This document shows positions 60,836-64,000 of a stretch of 64,000 nucleotides of DNA, one piece after another. Every line of letters starts with the position of its first letter. Within the stretch, counting starts at the first letter, position 1. The stretch is from Deltaproteobacteria bacterium UBA4427 (lineage in GTDB: Bacteria; Myxococcota_A; UBA9160; UBA4427), in the NCBI GenBank assembly GCA_002390675.1, contig DGPZ01000195.1, forward strand, positions 67,095-131,094, given 5' to 3'. The position numbers were made by a program, and so were the translations under genes. The notes under the pieces were generated by a model. That model was not told where the DNA came from. It was given only the letters and a program-made list of their open reading frames with translations, and did not search any database.

Positions 60836-61735
60836 CTAGAGGGCTTCGGCACGGGCATAAGATGGATCCTCTAGTCGATTGGGGTCAAAAAACGGTACTT
60901 CCCCGTCGATCGTGCATCGACGGATGACCCGGCGAAGCGGATAGTGATCCGATACGCCGCGATGGAGCGTTGTCCGCTCATCCCAAATGGCGAGCTGGCT
61001 GAGGCCCCATCGCCAGCGCACCTGAAAACGTGGTTCGGCGACATGAGCATCCAGGAAGTCGAGGAGCGCATCGCTTTCGCTCTTCGGGAGACCCGCGATA
61101 CATCGCATAACGCCGCGGTCGGTGACAAAGAGGCTTCGTCTTCCACTTTCGGGATGGGTGCGTACGAGCGGATGGGTCTGCTCGGGATAGGCTTCTCTAA
61201 TGCGCTCGCCTAGCTCGGGGATGCCACTCTTGCGGGTGGCGATCTCGACGAAATCTCCGTGGCATGAATGGATACATTCAAGGCCACTTAGCAACTCCTG
61301 CATAGAGGGCGAAAGCGCTTCGTAGGCCAAGCTTGTCGATGACCACATCGTATCGCCGCCGTAGGCCGGTGCTTCGAGGCAGCTCAGGAATGCCGCACTC
61401 GGGGGGCGCGGAAGCCAAGAGACGTCGGTATGCCACAGATCGACTTCTGGCGGATTGTCCGCGTCATCGACGATGACCTGAAGGCCGGGTTCGGCGGAGC
61501 CGAAGAGCGCCTCGATTGGATAGAGCGAGATTTCACCGAAGCCGCGGGCCAAGTTCAGTTGGCCTTCGGCATCAAAGCTCTGCTTTTGAAAGAAGAGCAC
61601 TTCGTTCGCAGCAAGCGCGTGTCGCAATTCCTCGAGGGCACCCGGGGCCAGCGGCTTCCCTACGTCGATTCCTGAGATCTCCGCGCCAACGGCGCTGATA
61701 CGTCGGGCCGAAAAATGGTTGTACGACGTCGACAT
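60836..61735 (-). CDS. TauD/TfdA-family Fe(II)/2-oxoglutarate dioxygenase
   Basis: WHTDVSWLPRPPSAAFLSCLEAPAYGGDTMWSS, HPESGRRSLFV and IWDERTTLHR. Confidence 0.85.
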   Translation of the reverse strand: MSTSYNHFSARRISAVGAEISGIDVGKPLAPGALEELRHALAANEVLFFQKQSFDAEGQLNLARGFGEISLYPIEALFGSAEPGLQVIVDDADNPPEVDLWHTDVSWLPRPPSAAFLSCLEAPAYGGDTMWSSTSLAYEALSPSMQELLSGLECIHSCHGDFVEIATRKSGIPELGERIREAYPEQTHPLVRTHPESGRRSLFVTDRGVMRCIAGLPKSESDALLDFLDAHVAEPRFQVRWRWGLSQLAIWDERTTLHRGVSDHYPLRRVIRRCTIDGEVPFFDPNRLEDPSYARAEAL

Positions 61736-61799
61736 AGCTTGTCTCCCGTCTAGGTTAATAATCTCGGCCTAACGCAAATACGTCGCCTGGCGAGTCTTC

Positions 61800-62696
61800 T
61801 CAGGAGAGTCCGAGTTTTTGGTCCAGCTTCAGAACGCGAATCGCATTCTCGCGCAGGAACTTCGGCCACACGGTGTCCTTGAAGGGATTGAATTCACGCA
61901 TCTCCGTGAACTGTCGCTCGAGAGAAATGCCGGCAGGGAAATAGCCGCAGTACAGAATCTTCTCGGCGCCGCGAGTATTCGCATACTTCACAATATCCTC
62001 GGGATAGTGCTTCGGTGCGAAGGCGCTCGTGCAGTAATGCAGCCCAGGCCACTTCAGCATGAGCTTCATGGCAAGCTTTTCCCAAGGCTCGCAGCCGTGG
62101 CGCGTGACGAGCGTGAGTTCCGGGAAGTCGTAACAAACACGGTCGAGATGCTCGACGTGCTGGGGGTAGCTCGGCATGCGCGGGCCGACGATGCCCGCGT
62201 TCATGAAGAGTGGGATATCCTCTTCGACGCAGGTTGCATAGACCGGGTACATCTTCGGATCGTTGATCGGGACCTGCGGGAATTGTCCGCACGGGAAGCA
62301 GCCGACGGCGACGATGTCATGTTCGGCTTTGGCTTCTTTGATCGAGCGCACAGAACCGATCACGTCGTTCGTGTTCTTAAGCTCCATGGTCAGCATGAAA
62401 CGATCCGGGTACCGGCGCTTCGCTTCGATGCCGTCTTCGCTCATGCCGCACATACCGACTTGAACGCCCCATTTGTCCATCTCGTGAAGGGTCCATTCGA
62501 TCGGGTCGATGTCCGGGGAGACCACGTCGGGCACGTTCTTGAACATGTACTCCGCGGGGAATTCCATCTCTTCGAGCGAAGCTTGATCCTTGTAGAGCGG
62601 CCGCATGAACTGATAGGCGGCTTTTTTCTTTTCGACGTCCGTGTACGGAAAGCCGATGCCGAGGTCGATGATGCCGATGTCGTCTGGGAAGCCCAT
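61800..62696 (-). CDS. amidohydrolase-2 family protein
   Basis: 298 aa from ATG 62696 (GGAGG RBS; the track start is 62882). TIM-barrel hydrolase pattern with ...VTRHGCEPW... and YCGYFP. Confidence 0.8.
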   Translation of the reverse strand: MGFPDDIGIIDLGIGFPYTDVEKKKAAYQFMRPLYKDQASLEEMEFPAEYMFKNVPDVVSPDIDPIEWTLHEMDKWGVQVGMCGMSEDGIEAKRRYPDRFMLTMELKNTNDVIGSVRSIKEAKAEHDIVAVGCFPCGQFPQVPINDPKMYPVYATCVEEDIPLFMNAGIVGPRMPSYPQHVEHLDRVCYDFPELTLVTRHGCEPWEKLAMKLMLKWPGLHYCTSAFAPKHYPEDIVKYANTRGAEKILYCGYFPAGISLERQFTEMREFNPFKDTVWPKFLRENAIRVLKLDQKLGLS

Positions 62697-63295
62697 GGCC
62701 GCCTCCAACTCGCCGACGCGTTTTTGCGCGTCGGGAAAAAGTGGAGGTGTGATTGTGTCGCGTTTTTGGCCGTTTGGGCAGGTGTCTATTCTCGGTTCCT
62801 GAAGATTACGTGAATAGTCCTGGCGCGCGGAGAGTGGGGCATGCAGGAGCGATGTTGTGGCTCCGTGCTGAAGTCGAACCACGAACGCGGAGTGGCAAAT
62901 CGGTTCCGCCGAATGGGAGCGATCTGGAGGGCGATCAGCCCCGTGAGGTGTTGCCCTAGAGCGGGGGACGCCTGGAATCCGAGATCAGGATGCCCATGAG
63001 GACGACGATCGCCAGGAGTAAAAGAAACGTCACGAGAGTGTGAATATGAGTGACAAATGCCCAGCTTCAGCTGGATTTTCTCTACCCGGATCGGGATTCG
63101 AGTCACCACGATCCCGGCCATGATTAGCCCGACTCAAAGCCGGCCTTCGGGAAGCCAGCCTGTCAGATCGCCACGAAAAACGGACTCGATCGCGAGGAAG
63201 CCAAGCTAACCCGTATGAATTTCAGCGGATTCCAGCATATGGGTGTGACTTCCATGGCATCCACCAGGGATTCGGCGTCGGCCAGGGTCTCGATG

Positions 63296-64000
63296 TCAGG
63301 TACCGACTTCGCGATCGGTCAGGATCGGGTCGGGAGTCATCTGCAAGGGATCGCATAAGGTGACACCGGCTTCTTTAAAACTGACTAGCTTTTGCCGGTC
63401 TTCGTCCCAGAGTGCGAGGGTTGCTGTCGATATGCTCTCGCGGAGGGATAAGACGTATGCCGGTTTGCGGAGTTCGGGGGTCTCGGCGTGGCACGTAGGC
63501 AGCCGATAGTTTGGGACCTTCGGATTGAGGTGATGAATATGGTGGTAGCCGATATTCGCGCAGCACCAATGAAGGAAGGGGCCGATATCGTAGAAGGAAC
63601 TGCCTTCGAGCGCGGCGTCCTGGTATCGCCATCCCGACTGCCGCTCAAAATACGTCCCCTCGTACTGATGTTGCACGTAGAAGAGCCAGACGGCGCCGGC
63701 CGCGGATAGCCAGACGACGGGGACATAGACCTGCAGGAACGCGCTCCATCCGAAAGCCGCGATCAAGCCGCCGTAGTAGAGCAGAATTCCTAAATTCGTA
63801 CCAAGCACCGACCGCCAGCCCGAAAGGGTCTTGGATTGATGACCAAAGGGATATCGCTGGAGAAAAACGAAGTGCACAGGGGCGGCGACGAAGAAAAGAA
63901 AGAAGGGGTTTCGATATATGCGATACCCGATGCGCTGGCCGACGGACGCGGTGCGAAACTCTTCGACCGTCATCATTTGGACATCGCCGTCCCCGCGCTT
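63296..64000 (-). CDS. fatty acid desaturase (membrane di-iron); 5' end beyond the right window edge
   Basis: C-terminal His box HHIHHLNPKVPNYRL. The frame stays open upstream of the track Met (…KRGDGDVQMMTVEEF) to base 64000. Confidence 0.85.
   Translation of the reverse strand, partial: KRGDGDVQMMTVEEFRTASVGQRIGYRIYRNPFFLFFVAAPVHFVFLQRYPFGHQSKTLSGWRSVLGTNLGILLYYGGLIAAFGWSAFLQVYVPVVWLSAAGAVWLFYVQHQYEGTYFERQSGWRYQDAALEGSSFYDIGPFLHWCCANIGYHHIHHLNPKVPNYRLPTCHAETPELRKPAYVLSLRESISTATLALWDEDRQKLVSFKEAGVTLCDPLQMTPDPILTDREVGT

Noticed and set aside
61818-62813. 331-aa plus-strand ORF
   Set aside because: It is antisense to the amidohydrolase-2 gene (61800..62696), which has clear family features and a GGAGG RBS. 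Its composition (Arg/Val/Asp/His-rich) is shadow-like.
62883-63295. Intergenic stretch with a 111-aa minus ORF and a possible 25-aa TM peptide (VTFLLLLAIVVLMGILISDSRRPPL, around 62956..63033)
   Set aside because: Neither has an ATG start or an RBS, and the 111-aa ORF has non-protein-like composition. There is not enough evidence to call a gene.
1-64000. Search by eye for tRNA/rRNA genes, CRISPR arrays, IS elements/transposases, integrases, phage or defence-system genes
   Set aside because: None was recognised. All large ORFs have metabolic, transport or regulatory signatures. I cannot exclude small RNAs or short inverted-repeat elements without computational scans.

Overview
High-GC (about 60%) bacterial chromosomal segment, densely coding, with no rRNA, tRNA, CRISPR array or transposase recognisable by eye. 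It probably comes from an outer-membrane-bearing (diderm) heterotroph: there is a PEP-CTERM protein and several lipoproteins. I cannot assign a taxon. Bases 1-8.6 kb form a light / photo-oxidative-stress neighbourhood. It holds a CrtI-like FAD oxidoreductase, two thiol-redox proteins, a sigma-70 factor, a MerR/LitR-like regulator translationally coupled to an FAD oxidoreductase and CPD photolyase, an SRPBCC protein and YbgA. An AT-rich divergent promoter there is packed with GTCTAGA-type repeats. The rest is a catabolic and redox mosaic. It includes 3 TauD/TfdA dioxygenases, 2 amidohydrolase-2 enzymes, 2 luciferase-like monooxygenases, 4 SDRs, a P450, a Rieske oxygenase, modABC, a tungsten-type aldehyde:ferredoxin oxidoreductase with a MoaD-like protein, 2 sulfotransferases, 2 cytochrome-c-fused PQQ-type beta-propeller dehydrogenases, and transporters. 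The main finding is two paralogous two-gene modules, at 27836-29553 and 49978-51589, both on the minus strand. In each, an uncharacterised 333-373 aa Cys-containing protein is followed by a small gene with an in-frame TGA. The frame stays open well past that TGA (78 more codons at locus 1, 82 at locus 2). The TGA sits in a U-G-S-C motif and is followed 11-13 nt later by a stem-loop with a GU-containing apical loop, which looks like a bacterial SECIS element. These appear to be UxxC selenoproteins that the ORF track truncates or splits. The second module is followed on the same strand by a NifU-like CxxC protein and an SDR. All product calls rest on motif recognition by eye; no database search was run. 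Start codons were refined manually where noted.
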